From the NCBI GenBank assembly GCA_050014495.1, contig JBEKDF010000037.1, positions 1 to 29,215 on the forward strand: 29,215 nt of DNA, given 5' to 3'. Numbering within the stretch: position 1 is the stretch's first letter; the number at the start of each line of letters is the position of its first letter. This document shows positions 27,813-29,215 of the stretch, in pieces. Source of the DNA: Candidatus Bathyarchaeia archaeon (GTDB lineage: Archaea > Thermoproteota > Bathyarchaeia > TCS64). Under the pieces are notes generated by a model. That model was not told the origin of the DNA. It saw nothing but the letters and a program-made list of their open reading frames with translations, and searched no databases. The position numbers and the translations under genes were made by a program.

Positions 27813-27994
27813 GCGGGTTAACAGAGGGATAGACAAGAGCGATCTAATAAGTATGTCGAGAAATCACAATACATAAAATTTCTTGCATTCATGTGCAAAG
27901 TTAACCGATTAAAGCATTTATATTAAACAATTAAAGCAAAACCAAAAACAGTTAAATATTATGTTTGTCCTATTGGGTTAACGCTTAGGGCCAT
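27813..27994. promoter_or_regulatory. AT-rich divergent promoter region for the two tRNA genes
   Basis: Several TATA-like boxes, for example TTTATATTAA near 27917 and GTTAAATATT at 27951, between head-to-head tRNAs. Confidence 0.55.
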
Positions 27995-28087
27995 GGGCCT
28001 GTAGCTCAGCAAGGAAGAGCGTCGGCCTTTTAGGACCTCAGGGTCGAAGAGAGCCGTTGGTCAGGGGTTCAAATCCCCTCAGGCCCG
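27995..28087 (+). tRNA. tRNA-Lys(TTT) with 19-nt BHB intron (28033-28051), CCA not encoded
   Basis: Acceptor GGGCCTG/CAGGCCC plus G, anticodon TTT at 28029-28031, BHB with CTTT/GAAG helix and GACC/GGTC intron stem, T arm AGGGG-TTCAAAT-CCCCT. Confidence 0.94.
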
Positions 28088-28112
28088 CTCCGCCAGCTGG
28101 GGGATGAGATGA

Positions 28113-28838
28113 ATGGCAGAGACGAGGGTACGGGAACTAAAATATAGAATGATGATCACCGACCTGTTAAAGGTCGCAAGCGAGAGTCACACCTATCAGG
28201 AATTGTCCGATTACCTCGGCCTCAGTCCACCAATACTCAGCAGGTACATGAGAGGACATGTACTACCGAGCTACGATAGGGCTCAGGGCCTGTACGAGAA
28301 ACTAATGGAAATCACCGACATCAAAGCCGAGTTGAAGAAGCGGATAAATTTCGACGAAGAGGGCTATTTCGACAACACACCGCTCGTTGCAGAGATCACT
28401 TGGCTTAAAATAATGGCGAACTACGCGATGGAGAAATTTGCAGGTCGCCGTGTGACGAAGGTACTTACGGCCGCAGTAGATGGTATTCCTTGCTCCACCT
28501 TAGTCGCAAACCTCCTCGATGTTGACTTGCTAATTGCAAAGGAGACTAAGGAGGTTGGTATAAACGAGTTCCTTGAGGAATCCTTCATACCTAAAGGTTC
28601 CGCGATGAGGAAGACTATGTATGTCCCAAAAGCCTCACTTAAAAAGAAGGATAGTATACTCATAATAGATGACGTCGTGCGTAGTGGCGAGACTGTGAAG
28701 GCACTCGTTGACCTCGTCAGAAATCAACGCGCTGACATCGCTGGGATTTATATTCTTGTCACAGTCGGAGACGAGTGGAAGAAGGACCTCGGAGAGATAA
28801 TAAGTAAGGAATCCTTCGAGGTGCTCATAGAGCTGTAA
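28113..28838 (+). CDS. HTH + type I phosphoribosyltransferase protein (PurR/APRT-like)
   Basis: N-terminal TYQELSDYLGLSPPILSRYMRGHVLP HTH; VLTAAVDGIP and the PRPP loop ILIIDDVVRSGET. Confidence 0.88.
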   Translation: MAETRVRELKYRMMITDLLKVASESHTYQELSDYLGLSPPILSRYMRGHVLPSYDRAQGLYEKLMEITDIKAELKKRINFDEEGYFDNTPLVAEITWLKIMANYAMEKFAGRRVTKVLTAAVDGIPCSTLVANLLDVDLLIAKETKEVGINEFLEESFIPKGSAMRKTMYVPKASLKKKDSILIIDDVVRSGETVKALVDLVRNQRADIAGIYILVTVGDEWKKDLGEIISKESFEVLIEL

Positions 28839-29101
28839 TATATGTTTTTTGAGGATTTAGAAGTGAATAACAGCTTCCTTACAGCGTTGTGAAGGAATTA
28901 AATGGAATTGTGTGGTGCTCCCGCCTAAGTAGTGGCGTTTTTCTTAGGTTCAAGTTGTTGAATGGATAGATGGATTAGTGAGCGTATGGAGGCTGGATAG
29001 CTTAGCTTCCGATGAACCGTTCTTTCACGGCTCCTAAACTTCGTGTCTGCGGTACCGAGTTACAAGACTATTTAGAAGAAGTGAGATTCCTTCACCCTAA
29101 T

Positions 29102-29215
29102 TCAAACGCCTATGAACCACGCAGTAGCGATTAACGCAATAGAGACGATTAGCCCAATCACAAGGCAGGTTACTAGTAGTCCTCCGAATATCCAAACAAG
29201 TATTCCTCCTCCGAG
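29102..29215 (-). CDS. C-terminal end of a membrane protein (runs off the window)
   Basis: The minus frame reads LGGGILVWIFGGLLVTCLVIGLIVSIALIATAWFIGV*, which is uniformly hydrophobic. Confidence 0.55.
   Translation of the reverse strand, partial: LGGGILVWIFGGLLVTCLVIGLIVSIALIATAWFIGV

Noticed and set aside
29010..29036. Group II intron domain V, fluoride riboswitch or SECIS
   Set aside because: Minus-strand GAGCCGT...ACGGTTC is too short for domain V, and the other required consensus elements are missing

Overview
Mostly core chromosome of an archaeon. The eS25 ribosomal protein gene, tRNAs with bulge-helix-bulge (BHB) introns, a COG1361 S-layer-domain gene and a RAM-only Lrp point to the TACK group; Bathyarchaeia is my best guess (inference). 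Left to right the window holds: a PuuE-like polysaccharide deacetylase; a decayed IS5-family (IS903-like) element; a ~0.9 kb AT-rich islet with two orphan ORFs and a repeat array, ending at a 5'-truncated second deacetylase; an acyl-CoA catabolism cluster (sirtuin, etfBA, 3-hydroxyacyl-CoA dehydrogenase/enoyl-CoA hydratase fusion, thiolase plus DUF35); Lrp, an epimerase, a zinc-ribbon membrane protein and an MBL hydrolase; a ~1.1 kb apparently non-coding CTG/CAG-rich region built from long inverted repeats; mmsA; an amidohydrolase; ileS; rps25e; a cyclophilin-like gene; a RimK-family ligase; a PadR/ABC/S-layer operon; divergent intron-containing tRNA-Gly(CCC) and tRNA-Lys(TTT); and an HTH-phosphoribosyltransferase. 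The strongest candidate for something undescribed is the inverted-repeat/CWG element at 13.87-14.62 kb. Next come an IleRS with non-canonical GVHH/EMHKS motifs and a possibly switchable leader, a tRNA-Gly with C33, and the repeat-bearing islet. All calls come from reading the sequence by eye; no searches or folding programs were run.
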